Positions 14,201-31,879 of a DNA stretch of 64,000 bases are shown in pieces (the stretch's first letter is position 1; the number at the start of each line of letters is the position of its first letter). Made by a program: the position numbers and the translations under genes. The notes under the pieces were generated by a model that was not told the DNA's origin, ran no database searches, and saw only the letters and a list, made by a program, of their open reading frames with translations. The stretch comes from the human T2T-CHM13v2.0 reference genome, Homo sapiens. Where the stretch lies: NCBI RefSeq assembly GCF_009914755.1, contig NC_060944.1; one strand, written 5' to 3'.

Positions 14201-15868
14201 TTTTTTCAGTGGTGGCATAGATGGAAGGTGAGGGCAGATGAAAGCAAACAATGAAAATCCTCTATATTCTCTTTTTAATACAGACAAAGTATATGCAATC
14301 AGGATAAGAAACATAATATTTATATATTGATCTATGTAGCATTCCCCCACACATGTATTTCTATCTTATAATACTTTGTCCACTTCCGATTGAAGTCATG
14401 TTATCTGTGATGTAACCTACTTTGCTTTGAGAGTGGCTCTGTTTTCACTGTCTAGCTAAGCAAAATCAGAATTACATGTATTTTATATTCTCAATTAAAA
14501 TGAACATAATGCAAGGGGGCCAAAGTAGCCAACTAAAAGCAGCTACAGTGCATGGCTCTCAGGGAGAGGAATGAAAGGGGCAAGTAAATACAGCATCTTC
14601 AACTGTACATCCAGCACCTTCAACTGAAACATCCAGGTACTCCCATTGGGATTAATCAGAGAAATAGCTCAACCCACGAAAAAAGGGAGAAAAGCAGGAC
14701 AGGGTGAAGTCCCAACCATGAGTTACATGGAGCCAAAGGAACCCATCCAAAGGTCAACAACTACAAAGATTGAAGGTAGATAAGTCACAAAGATGAGAAA
14801 GAACCAGGGCAAGAACACTAAAAACTCAAAAAGCCAGAGTGTCCTCTTTCCTCCAAATGACCACATCACCTCTTCAGCAAGGATTTGGAACGGGGCTGAG
14901 GCTGAGATGGCTGAAATGACAGAAATATAATTCAGAATGTGGATAAAAATGAACTACACTGAGCTAAAGAAACATATTATAACCAATGCAAGGAGACTAA
15001 AAACCATGATGAAACACTGCAGGAGCTGACCAAATAGCCAGTATAGAGAAGGACGTAAGTGACCTGATAGAGCTGAAAAACACACTACAAGAATTTCATA
15101 ATGCAATAGCAAGTATTAATAGCAGAATAGACCAAGTGAAGAAAAGAATCTCAGAGTTTAAAGACTGTATTTTTAAAATAAGACAGGCAGACAAGAATAG
15201 AGAAAAAAGAATGAAAAAGAATGAACAAAACCTCCAAGAAATATGGGATTATGTATAAAGACTGAATCTATGACTGATTGGTATACCTGAAAGAGATGGG
15301 GAGAATGGAACCAATTTGGAAAACATATTTCAGGGTATTATTCATGAGAACATCCCCAATCTAGCAAGACAGGCCAACATTCACATTCAAGAAATGCAGA
15401 GAATCCCAGCAAGATATTCCATGAGAGGATCATTTACAAGATACACAATCATCAGATTCTCCAAGGTTGAAATGAAAGAAAAAATGTTAAGAGCCACCAG
15501 AGAGAAAGGCCAGGTTACCTACAAAAGGAAGCCCATCAGACTAACAGAAGACCTCTCAACAGAAACCCTACCAGCCAGAAACAATAGGTGGCCAATATTT
15601 GACATTCCTAAAGAAAAAAATTACAATACAGATTTTCATGTCTTGCTAAATAAACTTCATAAGTGAAGGAGAAATAAGATCTTTTTCAGACCAAATGCTG
15701 AGGGAATTTGTTGCCACCAGACCTGCCTTTCAAGGGCTCTTGAAGGAGGCAATATATATGGAAAGAAAAAAATGTTACCAGCCACTACAAAAACATACTG
15801 AAATACAAAGACCAGTGACAGTATAAAGCAACCACATAAACCAGTCTGCAAAATAACTAGCTAGCATC

Positions 15869-19969
<4,101 letters not shown>

Positions 19970-21609
19970 ATGACGAGAACACATGAACACACAGAGGGGA
20001 ATAACACACACTGGGGCCTATCAGGGAATGGAGGGTAAGAGGAGGGAGAGGATGAAGAAAAATAACAAATGGATACTAGGCTTAATACCTGGGTGATGAA
20101 ATAATCTGCACAACAAACCTCCATGACACACATTTACCTATGTAACAAACCTGGACTTGTACCCCTGAACTTAAAATAAAAGTTAAAAAATGAATATAAT
20201 ATGTTGACAACATGATTTTATGAAGCTTACTGTCAAATGTTATCAAGTTGAATCACTAGTAACTCACACTAACTTCCATTTCAATCTGTGACTCCTCAAG
20301 GTTACCTTATTCTCCTCCTTGAGCTCTGAATCTGCTGAGATTTATAAAAATTCTGACTTGATCACAGGGAGATGATCAGGCTCTGGGAGTGGGAATTTGA
20401 GAGCAACACAAGCTGCTGCATGAAATGAGGGTAAGTGCTTCTCGAAGTTGCTTCTGATCATACTGCTTCTACCCAATGCTCCAGGAACTAAAATTCTTCT
20501 TGATTAGGGGAGAAAAAATAACCATTTTTTACCAGTGCTTGTTCAACATAGGTTATTTTGACAAGGACATAGTTGAGTAATTCTGGGTTATGGAGTAAAA
20601 ATGACAAGTTTTATTTATTAGTCTCAATTGTCAATAAAATATCCCACAGCAAATATAGCTAACGTTCATGCAGGGCAGCTGCAGAGAGAGACTGTACATT
20701 TTAAGCATATTCTCAAGAGTCCAGTTATATTATGAAACCAAAAGAAGTGATATATATAAAATTAAGAAAAGCAACATAAGAGATATGAATCCTAGTTTCC
20801 AAACTCAAGTGTATAATAAATATATTTGATTTGTTTTGCCATGACTCAAATTAGTATTTTAATCCTATTTCTGCCAGAATGACAGAAACTGAGGATAGAG
20901 CACTTTTGTTTCCATGAGAAATTTCTGTCAAGAAGTGAGAAGAAAGAAAGAAATAGATAAAACACATGGTGAAGAAGAAATAAGAGGATAGTCTGCAGGG
21001 CTCAAGGACTCTGTTCTGGGCATGTCTGGGACAAGAAGGGATAAGGTGGGTACCTCAAAGACAACCCCCAGGGCAGAGAGGCTGCTGAGAGACCTGTTGA
21101 TCTAGCCTTGGAAAGTAGCAGCACAAGCTTGGACTCCCAGCTCTGAAAACCGGTGGGATGGGCTATCTGTGAGTTGGTATTTCAAGCCACCATTGCCACT
21201 TTGACCCTGTAAGGCACCGGCTGGCACTGGCAATCCAAAGAATTTGCCTGAAGGAGCTATAGAATTTGATGTCATGGATTTATCATTTGAGCGCATCCTG
21301 ATTACATCACCACCCTATTGTGGATTACAGAGTTCTCTCTCAAGTATCTTTTAGAAAATCATTGAATGTCAGAGTTGGAAAGTGGCAGTCGTGCTTCCAT
21401 GATTTTCAATCTCTTACTTTCAGTTCAGTTATATGGAATGTGATCACTGAAATCTTACCCAGAACATCAATCCATAAGAAAGATGGAGGTTGAGCTTCCC
21501 TGTGTGAAGGCAGACAAGGACTGTACTCGGGAATCCAGACAAGCTGGAGGTTAGGAGCTCCAGGCTCCTCTGCTGGTCCAGGCCCTATGGAACCTCCCAC
21601 TGGTGGGCA

Positions 21610-22430
21610 TTTTGTAAAGTGATTTCACATAGAGCTAGCCCTTTTATTTTCTTGTCAGTCCTAGGAGAGACGCAGGCAGTGCCAATGTTGAGTTTTGCCT
21701 GAAGGTTAAGAAATTACCTTGCCTTTTTGTGTTCAGAAAAGACTTTCTGCAAAGAACCCTTCCCCATAAGATTTAGAAGAGCCTCCCAGATGCTCCCTTG
21801 TTTACCTGTGACAAGATCAGCCACAGACCCTTCAAACTCCCTTTCTTTACCTCAAAAGTGATTAGCCGAACTGCTTGTCTTCACTGATTGATCAGAGCAC
21901 AATGCATCTTAATCAAACTTTGATTAAGCTCCTCTCCATCCCCCAGTTCCCTCGACTTTGGCCTGCCCTCAGCCTGAGCCAGTACAATCTCTCCCTAAGG
22001 GTCTGTGCTGAAAATAGACTGGCCTCAGGGTAGAATATTCTCTGATTTGCCCTCGGATCTTGCCTCCCTATCATCCCACTTCCCCATACTGGGTTCTTTT
22101 TAGCCTGATTTACTGCTCTATAAAAAGAAACCCTTTTTGCCTAACCCTTGAGAGGCTTGCAGACCTTATGTTCACAGGGTTCACCATATTGCAATAACAA
22201 GGAGGTAACACTCCCCACCCCAAGCTGCAATAATCCTTTGAATAAAATCTCTCCTTACTAGGTCCAGGTTTTTCATTTGTTTATTTGTTTGTTTTCAATT
22301 TGACAGTGGATATCTTGATGTCCATTCTGTGGAAGTGGAAATTAAGGTTTGACGTGTATCTTGGTCTGGTTGTCAGGTTCATGGGCAGTGGCAGAAGTTG
22401 AATTCAAACTCAAGTCCTCTTAGACTTTAG
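21610..22430 (-). mobile_element. MIR split by an LTR insertion
   Basis: Degenerate MIR on both sides; right part ends gtggcagaagttgaattcaaactcaagtc. Confidence 0.5.
21680..22305 (+). mobile_element. ERV1 MER4-group solo LTR (MER31/MER67-like)
   Basis: tgccaa...ttgaca termini; TATA (ctataaaaag ~22118); AATAAA at 22241; 4-bp flanks gcag/gtgg. Confidence 0.75.
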
Positions 22431-22974
22431 TCCTGGAACTCTCCATACTGCCGTGTGGATTCCTTCTCAATGCATGGGCAAAAGACTTCACTTCTGTAAG
22501 CAGAGGAGGTCGGAAGAGAAGTTCCTCTCAGTTCCACCTGATTTAGGGATGAGACTGAGAGGGCCAAAAGCTCCAGGTTACTGCCCAAAATAGCTGCGTT
22601 AAATGGGAAGCCCAGATATTTGGGCACCTGGGGTCTTCCTAAGTGGGGCTGTCTTGGTAGAAAATATTCCTATAGGAATACAGACACAAAAAGGAGATTA
22701 TAGGCTCAGCAGACGCAAGGGAAATGAATTTCCCCATCCAGCCTAAAATCTAAAAGTACAAATCCATTTGCTAAGGTTTCATATAAAAGAATCTATCAAA
22801 TGAAATCTTATCCAGGGCATATCCTGGCTTGTTCCTCCTATCATTGAGGTTTGCATCTGCCTCACTCTGGATGCCTGAAATTATCTTCTGTCTGTCCTGT
22901 CAGAGTGAATTATTTCTAAGGAAAATCCAGAGAAGACATAAAGAGAGTCTCTGAGTTAAATGAAGATTTAGGCA

Positions 22975-23145
22975 GTGCAGCATGGTCCCCCATCCGTGGC
23001 AGCTGTAGCAGCAGCATCACTTTGGAACTTGTCAGAAGGGCAGATTCTCAGGCCCATCCAGACCTCCTGAATCAGGAACTCTTTGTAGGCCCAGCCTCCT
23101 GTGTTGTCATAAGCCCTCCAAGTGATTCTCATTGCACTCAAGGTG
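22975..23145. mobile_element. MER5A (hAT-Charlie MITE)
   Basis: gcagcatcactttggaacttgtcagaagggcagattctcaggccc...aagccctccaagtgattct. Confidence 0.8.
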
Positions 23146-23344
23146 ACCTGGGGTCTCAGGTGGGGCCTGGCCCAGGGAACACTCCTGAGGGTGAGGACAA
23201 CTCTGCTATTCCAGACTCCTCCTTCCTCCAGCAGCTATGCCCTATAGGCAGCTACTCCTCACCCTCTCTCAATTCCTCTCCCTTCCCAGGTGTTGTTAAT
23301 AACTGGGTTTTTTTGGCAGTTCCTGTATTCAAAGAAAGAAATCA

Positions 23345-23480
23345 AAATGTATTGAGCCCCATGAATGTGCCAGACACTTGGGCTTGGCATTTCTGATGAG
23401 TTATTTATGTGATCTTCATAAAAACCCAAAGAGAAGAAAAACATGTCTTGTGTTTCATACAGAGGGATATTTGAGTTTTG
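23345..23480 (-). mobile_element. MIR fragment
   Basis: tgtattgagc...tgtgccagacact...gatcttcataaaaaccc. Confidence 0.55.
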
Positions 23481-23684
23481 TTAGAAGAACACTTGAAAGG
23501 CTAAAAGACTTTATGACCTGAAGGGATTTCTATTGGTGGAATTTCCTGCACTTTATGGGGGTGGGAGTGATATTTTCATTGAGGAGGAAAGCAGGGATGG
23601 CATGTGCTGTAAGGAGACTGCACTTCTGAAGGGCAATCTGTCAGGACTCTGAAAACAGAAGTACTCTGAAAACAGAAGTACATT

Positions 23685-24130
23685 CCTATCACATAACTCA
23701 GCAATTCCACTCTGGGTCATAGGTCCCAAATAAACTGTCCCCAAGGTCCACAGGAAACAGGAAAGATGCCCCTGCAGCATTGTCTGTGGTGTTGGTGGGG
23801 CAGTGGTTTAGAGATCATCCACATGCCCACCACGGGACGGATGAAAAACACGATCATGCCGGCTTCTGGGAGCAGAGGCCTGGAGGTGCCTCCAGCCACA
23901 CAGGGAGCTTACAAATATAATGCTGTGTAAAATGAGACTTATAAGCCCAACTCCATTTATATAAACATAAAAACATTTCTTGCATTTTACAAGAACACAT
24001 ACAAACAAAAGGATGGATGTCAAACCATTAGCATGTTTGCCTATGAGGTGGGATAGGGAAATGAAACTGGCGAAGTAGGACAAGAGGAGATTTAATAAAA
24101 CAAGACGAGGGTTTTGCACCATCAATAAAG
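23685..24130 (+). mobile_element. L1ME-type 3' fragment
   Basis: cataactcagcaattccactctggg; ccacatgcccacc. Confidence 0.55.
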
Positions 24131-24649
24131 AGAGTTGCCATGAATTCAGGAATATTAGTAAAGAAAAGCAAGATACAGAGATGAGTAAAGGAAATCACAT
24201 AACAAATGACAGTCCCCAGAGAGCTTCCTGATGTGCCTTCCAGGGCTGGGACCAACACAAAGATGTTGTAGCCTCTGTGGGCTCACGTCCAGGGGAGCAG
24301 CATGTCCTTTCGGTGCATGAAAGTCAGCTATGGCTTCTGAAGACCTCATAGCTGAATCTCTGTTCTGATAGCACTAAATTTAGTGCCTTTTTATCTGCCT
24401 GCCTCAGGGTGGATCTGCGATCTTTAGGCAATAGCAGAAGAATTTGCCTGCTCTCTATCCTGGAAAATCTATACATAGGCTGGATTATTTACTGGCATCA
24501 AAGAAATCTTTGAGGTGGCTCATTTGACTCTTCATTTTATGATAGAAGAGTTGAGGCACCAAGAGGAAAAATAAGGTGAGTGACAGAATGAGACTAGAAC
24601 GTGACATCTTGATTCCTAGTCAAGGACCATTTCTGAACCCCTGTTGCAT

Positions 24650-24800
24650 AGAGTCACTCAGGGAGCTATTGAGAAACAGGACTCTAGGGCCCCCTGTACC
24701 TGAGGTTTGGATTAAATAGGTCTGGGGGAAAGCTCAGGAGCCTGTATTTTCTAAAAGTCCTCTGTTGATACTGAAATGAAGCTGGGTTCAAAAACCACAC
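24650..24800. mobile_element. MER5-family fragment
   Basis: taaataggtctgggggaaagctcaggagcctgtattttctaaaagtcctc. Confidence 0.55.
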
Positions 24801-25178
24801 TCTCCTATCCTCAAATACATCCACAAAGGACAGTAAAGGGAGAGGGTATAATACTGGCCAGTATGTTTAGAACATTTTCAATCTGAGAGGCCAAGGGATT
24901 TCTCTTGTGAGAAACATCTACAGGGTACCCCAAACAGGTAGAGAGGTTTTTGGAGGTCCTCTTATTTTAGGGACAGTATAATCCAACTTCCTGGCATCCT
25001 GCTCCCCACTCTTTTGCTCCCCAGGTGGGACAAGCCACTTGGTGACAATCAACCGATTTCCACTCTGTTCTTCCTTAGCTAATTAGGTACTGCGCCACTA
25101 TTGTGATGCATCCTACCCTGGCTACCAGGGAAGATGTACATAAAATGAGATGGGGAACCATCTCTTAAAGTCATCCCA

Positions 25179-25704
<526 letters not shown>

Positions 25705-25999
25705 TCACTACAACGACAGAGAACTGGAAGACAAGCGGGGACTGAAGAACTGAGATCTGGATTGGCAAAATAGTTTTCCTCAGGTGGCATTTTTATTGCA
25801 AACTAAATTTTATGTATTTATTCTTCAATGTTATTTTTTGTCTCCCAAAACTGTATATAACAATTTCACAAGTAACATAAGAATGTCTCAACTTTGAGAT
25901 TACAAGGTTATTATGGGTATTTTGAAAGCTTAAGATGGTCACTATAGATAAATGACCAGTTTCTAATTTGGTGTTAAAAAGGATTCTCATGAATCATAG

Positions 26000-26800
26000 T
26001 GGATGTCAATTGGATTGTCTGGCTCCAGCTTCTCTTCCTCCTCTCATTACAGCTAACGAGAAGCAGGTGTTTTATACAGCATACCTCTGTCCTTCTGGCC
26101 TCAGTTGATTGGTCTAAGGGTGGGCACCTGACGCACGTTGGGCCAGTCAGACCCTTCTCTGTGATTTTTGGACTTCTTAACAAGAAGGATGAGACAATCT
26201 TGCTCTACTTTCTGAAGCTGAGGGCTCCTCTGCGTCGGGCACTGTCCTAGACTCTGAGGCTATGGCACTGAATAGAGAAGATGATGTGTCTTCTTTCGTG
26301 GTAGGCAGTTAGAATCTGGTAGATGTGGGGAGACAGATAATAAATAAACACACACAAAAAATATAAAACACATAAAGCACAAAATTGGTCACCCAGGCAT
26401 CATCATTATAAAAATTGTTTCATTTATAACAATAATAGCAAACACTAGTGAACCTCTATTGAGCACTTACTATGTATGAAACACAATGCTAGTGGCTTTA
26501 TATGTATTAACTCATTTAATCCTCAAAACCACCCAAGGAAGTGAGTTCTGTAATTAATCCCATTTGGAGGGAGGCTCTTATTTTATCAAGAGGCAATGAT
26601 GAAAACTATAGAGAAGAGCAGAGGTGAGACTTTAAGTTAATGGTTCCAGATTTTCCTAATGCCCAGCTGTGTTTCTGCCTGTACAGTTACTTATGTTGTT
26701 CGTTTTTCTTCATTTCATGAGTTAATAAATTTTCCTCTGTCTTTAAACTTTCCAAACTGAATTTCTGTTACCTGTTACCCCGAACTGCCAAGACACTATG
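26000..26800 (+). mobile_element. Old ERVL/MaLR LTR (LTR33/MLT1J-like), interrupted by L2 and MIR pieces
   Basis: gattggtctaagggtgggcacctgac...ggccagtcagac; later catgagttaataaattttcctc...tttctgttacctg; MIR at ~26430-26570. Confidence 0.5.
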
Positions 26801-27399
26801 GAAACTTATCAGGATTAATCAAGTGACCTCTACATGCGTGGCAAGGACAGGTGTTAATAAAATGCCAAGGATGAGCTGACATGGACACAGCTCCAGCCCT
26901 CGAGAAGCAGCTTGCAATTCAGTAAAGACACTGAGACAGCAGGGACAGAGGCTGCAAGAGGAAAATCAGTGATGTAATTCATCTTCTCTCTTCATTTTGC
27001 CCTCCTTTGTGGCAGGCACACCATGCATAGCACACCCCTTATTTGTGCAACCCTGATCATTCTGTGAGCTCTATGACCAAAATGCCGGCTCCCGGACAGT
27101 GGGGCCCCAACTGCCCTGATACCTGGTGGGCCCCTGATTCCAGCATCCACCCTACACACAATTTCAGATTAACGAAGAAAAAATTTCGAGGTCTGACTAT
27201 AGCTGTCAGCTTTCAACTTTTGTTTTACAGCTTGAGTTACCCATAGCTTTTCACTCAAGTGACCCACTGTCTTTTGGGTGTGTGTGGAGTGGTGCAGATG
27301 ACAGTGGAGAACTCAGGAGTACTAACTGCTGTTTTCTTCCTCCTCTGAAAGTCTACCTCAATGCCAAGTGAGTCTACATAGTGGAATGAATGGACAAAT

Positions 27400-27650
27400 A
27401 GCCTGTGGAATGGGCAGGATGGCCTACGAATTAGATCTTGGGCTTTGGAGTCAGACTCCAGATGAGACAATTACTAGCTCTATGACCTTGGGGGAATCAC
27501 TGCCCCATTGCACTCCCCAACTTCCTCCACCTGTAAATGTACATGCTTCCCATGTAACACTGTTTCAAGGATTAAATAAAGGAATGCACTTAAATGCTTA
27601 AATAGTGCCTGATACACAGAAAGCACTTCATAAATGGCAGTTATCACTAT
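27400..27650 (+). mobile_element. MIR
   Basis: ggctttggagtcagac...actagctctatgaccttggggg...ctgtaaatg. Confidence 0.7.
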
Positions 27651-27754
27651 GCCCATACGAAAGCAGAGTGAATGAATAAGTAGAGCTATATGTACAGTAA
27701 AATAAGTCTCAAAAACATAATGTGTAAAAAAAAGCAAAAGAAAGTTGCAACAGG

Positions 27755-28085
27755 GGCCAGGTGCAGTGGCTCACACCATAATTCTAGTACCTTGGGAGGC
27801 CGAGGCAGGAGGATCACTTGAGGCCAGGAGTTTGAGACCAGTCTGGTCAAAAAACTCTGACCCTGTTGCTATAAAAAATAAAAAATAAAAAACAGCCAGT
27901 CATGATGGCATGTGCCTGTAGTCCCAGCTACTCAGAAGGCTGAGGTGGAAGGATCACTTGAATCACTTGAGCCCAGGAGTTTGAGATTGCAGTGAGCAAA
28001 TATTGCAACACCGCACTCCAGCCTGGAAGACAGAGTGAGAACCTGTCTCAAAAATAAAATAAAATAAAATAAAATAAAAAGAAAG
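27755..28085 (+). mobile_element. AluJ
   Basis: Full dimer, (aaaat)n tail, TSD tgcaacagg. Confidence 0.93.
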
Positions 28086-28308
28086 ACAGGTGCAACAGGA
28101 TACATAAATACAGTGTGATACAATGTATGTAAAATTTCAAACACAAAATAGTATATGTTGCTAATGTCCATATATCTCTGTATATTACATAAATATAATT
28201 GTGTATATAAAGTAGCATTATATAATGCTATATAGGCATAAGTTGTATATCATGCTACTTTATATATACAATATATCTTTTGTATATGTAAAATATATAT
28301 ATACACAC

Positions 28309-28730
<422 letters not shown>

Positions 28731-30382
28731 TATATGCAAAGTAGCATGATATACTGCTTATGCCTATATATGTGAGCTACCTCCAAAGGGGCAAGTGACA
28801 AAAATGAAGGCTTCTTATACTGCTTATGCCTATATGGCAGTATATTATGCAATTATATACATATATATAATACACACACAGTTGTGGTTTTATATGTGGG
28901 TGCTGCATGTGTGTGTGTGTATGTATGTATATTAGAAAGCACAAAACCTTGTAATAGGAAATAGATGTACTACTTTCCAGATAGTAGTTACCTCTGGTGG
29001 TGATGGTCTGGTCATGGTAATGGTGTGTGTATGTTCACAGAGAAGTGGTAGTCTGCATGCTTGAAATGTTTCATAATTAAAAATTTTGAAAAATGCATTA
29101 AAAAAACTTCCATCTGATAACTAGAAAGCTGCCTTCTTCATCTGTATTCCACTTGGCTACTCGAACTCCCTTTTTGATATGCAAGAGAAGTTGCAATGTG
29201 ATACCCATCTGAAATGTGAATTTTTAATAAGGATTTGGGAACTGGGATAGTTCCAAATTGGGGTAGTGTGGCTGGAGAGAGAGGGTGAGGTGGGAGAAAG
29301 ACCAGGAGCCTGGAGACTGGTTTTTATAAATTTACATTGTTCATTTTTATATGATTTGGAGAAAGAAAGAGACTTAGAGGGAGACATCACAGACAGGTTG
29401 TGTAATCTTTCTTGGTTCGTGTTCTCAAGTATGAAATCGGAATAATAAATCGTATTTTACGAGGTTGCTGTGAGAAGTAAATAAACACAGAACATGGCAC
29501 TTGGTAAGCATACCAAATACCTAGTGTTATGACATTCAATTTATATTTGAAGCTTATATGTGACAGACTTCAGGGAGGAAAAGAAATCTATCATTGCCAA
29601 GCTGAAAGATGGTTTCTGCAGGAGTCAGAGCACCCAGTGGAATCTCACTCCTCCAAATCAATAGATGCATTCAAAATACCAAAAATAAAACATCAAACGA
29701 ACTCTTTCCAGTGTGGTTCTGAAACCCAGCACATATTTTCCTACCCTGGGATTTGTCAGAGCTTCATGCATACAGTGCAGGGAGGGAAAGTAGGAAGCTC
29801 CTATCACTCTGTTTCCAAGCAAGACTAGGTTGGATGTGGGGAAGGGGTGAGTAGCTCAGCAAAGCTAAGGGAAGGCAATATTTAGGAAAGAAAGTGTTGC
29901 AGGTAAAGGAGGGAGATGCTGCAGAGAGAACAGCGAGTATGTGAGGTACCCCCAAAGCAGCAAGTGACAAAAAAGAAGGCTGAATAAGTCCATCCATCTG
30001 ATGCCATGGATGAAAAAGCTTGGCAACGAACGGGGGTGAGAAGTGGGAGCTCCCTCGTGTGGCAGCTCCATACTGGGGAGACCTCTGAGTCTCCTAATCC
30101 AGCTTGTGACTTTAAGGTGAACTGAAAGAAAGATGTAGTCAATCTATCCATCAGGGAACTAATGTAATAAGGAGACTTGAAGACCATAAATGAATCTTCA
30201 GTAAGGGGATAGGGTGCTCCTTGCAACTGGAAAAGTCAAAGCTCCTCGATAATGCCAATTCTGCCAATTATTCAGTTCCTGTACTGTTAGACTCTTGTTC
30301 TCTATAGACATGGACATTTAAATATATAGTAAAACAATATGTTGCCATTTTGGCTCAAACTTCACCAAAAATCATTTTTGTT

Positions 30383-30786
30383 GCCGTAATCCCAGTGCTT
30401 TGGGAAGCTGAGGCCGAAGGATCACTTGAGGCCAGAAGTTTGAGATCAGTCTGGGCAACATAGTGAGATCCCACCTGTACGCAATATTTAATTTTATTTT
30501 TTTGAGACAGAGTCTTGCTCTGTCGCCCAGGCTGGAATGCAGTGGTGTGATCTCAGCTCACTGCAACGTCCGCCTTCGAGGTTCAAGTGATTCTCCTGCC
30601 ACAACCTCCTGAGTAGCTGGGACTACAGGTATGTGCCACCACGCCTGGCTGTTTTTTCTAAAATATTTAAAATTTTTAAAAAACTTAGCCAGACATGGTG
30701 GTGAGCATCTGTAGTCCTAGTTACTTGGGAGGCTGAGGCAGGAAGATCACTGGACCCCAGGAGTTCAAGGCTGCAGTGAGCACAGA

Positions 30787-30788
<2 letters not shown>
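30383..30788 (+). mobile_element. AluJ (both ends eroded) interrupted in its middle linker
   Basis: Left arm 30383-30482; right arm resumes at ttagccagacatggtgg (30685). Confidence 0.88.
30492..30650 (-). mobile_element. 5'-truncated AluS right arm nested in the AluJ
   Basis: T-tail, then gagacagagtcttgctc ... cctggct; TSD aatatttaa (30483-30491, 30662-30670). Confidence 0.88.

Positions 30789-30866
<78 letters not shown>
30788..30866. repeat. Compound microsatellite (CT)14 ... (TG)23
   Basis: Counted directly. Confidence 0.95.
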
Positions 30867-30869
<3 letters not shown>

Positions 30870-31004
30870 TTACTGCTGCTTTTAGCATAGTTACTGCTGC
30901 TTTTAGCCACAATAGATGACAAAGGGAATGTTTGTAGACTGTAAGCCAGGAGGCAACTTGATATGGTGAGAAAAGCATGGATTTGATGTCAGATATACCC
31001 AGGC

Positions 31005-31350
31005 ACAGTCATTCATTCACTCAGTCAATGAATATTTATAGATTATGTACTATGTGTTGGATTTGCAGCATTTACGTTCTCGTGGAGGAAGGCAGGAATT
31101 AGGAAATGAATGGCAAGATGATTTAAGGGTGTGGTGTGTGCTGTGAAGAAAGTAAAGTGAAGTGGTAGAATTCAGAGTGGCTGGGAAGAGTGGGGAGCCT
31201 TGGAGTGGACAATTAGGAACGGCTTCCCTGAATGCTGAGTAGCCAGCTGAGTATAGCAAGAGCTCAGGCCCCTGCTGGAGGCAAAGCCCTTGACATATTT
31301 AGTAGAGTGAAGGCTGGGGTGGCAGAGGGCTTATGAGTGAGGGTGATATG
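31005..31350 (-). mobile_element. L2 3' fragment
   Basis: cattcattcactcagtcaatgaatattta...tactatgtg. Confidence 0.6.
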
Positions 31351-31879
31351 AGATACTGTCTCAGAAGAAACTTTAAGTACGAGTTTCATTAGTTATATGA
31401 TCTTATCAAGTTTATCTGCTTTAGGTTCAGTTTGCTAAACATAAGAAGACAATGGTAATACCCACATCAGCGTGTTGTTAGGATTATAAGTACTAAATAA
31501 AACATAAAGGGCTTGGTTCAATGTCTGAAATGTAGTTAGTGTTCAATAATGAGAGTTATTGTTATCACTCTATTATTTGGTTCAATTATTTCATCAAGTT
31601 TCCCAATAAGTTTGGATTTGTATTGGGCTTTTGGGAATTTGCCAGAGGTTGAGAAGTTAGAAATACTTTGTATTTTTGGAGAATTGAGAAAGCATCTATC
31701 TGTTGGAAAGGTTTTCTGGTGACTTAGTATTGTGGGGATCAACAGCAGGATAACCGGATAAATTAATGGTAGGGGCTTAGAAAGGTTGCTGAAACTGAGG
31801 ATAAATGGTAGAGTCCAGTCTGTATTTCCCTCAAATTCTTTCAATAGGAAACCTTTTTCACCATTCTAGATTGATGTGA

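Noticed and set aside
28750-28835. Repeat-spacer-repeat with a nearby matching sequence, superficially CRISPR-like
   Set aside because: Only two repeats, eukaryotic context and no cas genes; better explained as a templated insertion (reported as a finding).
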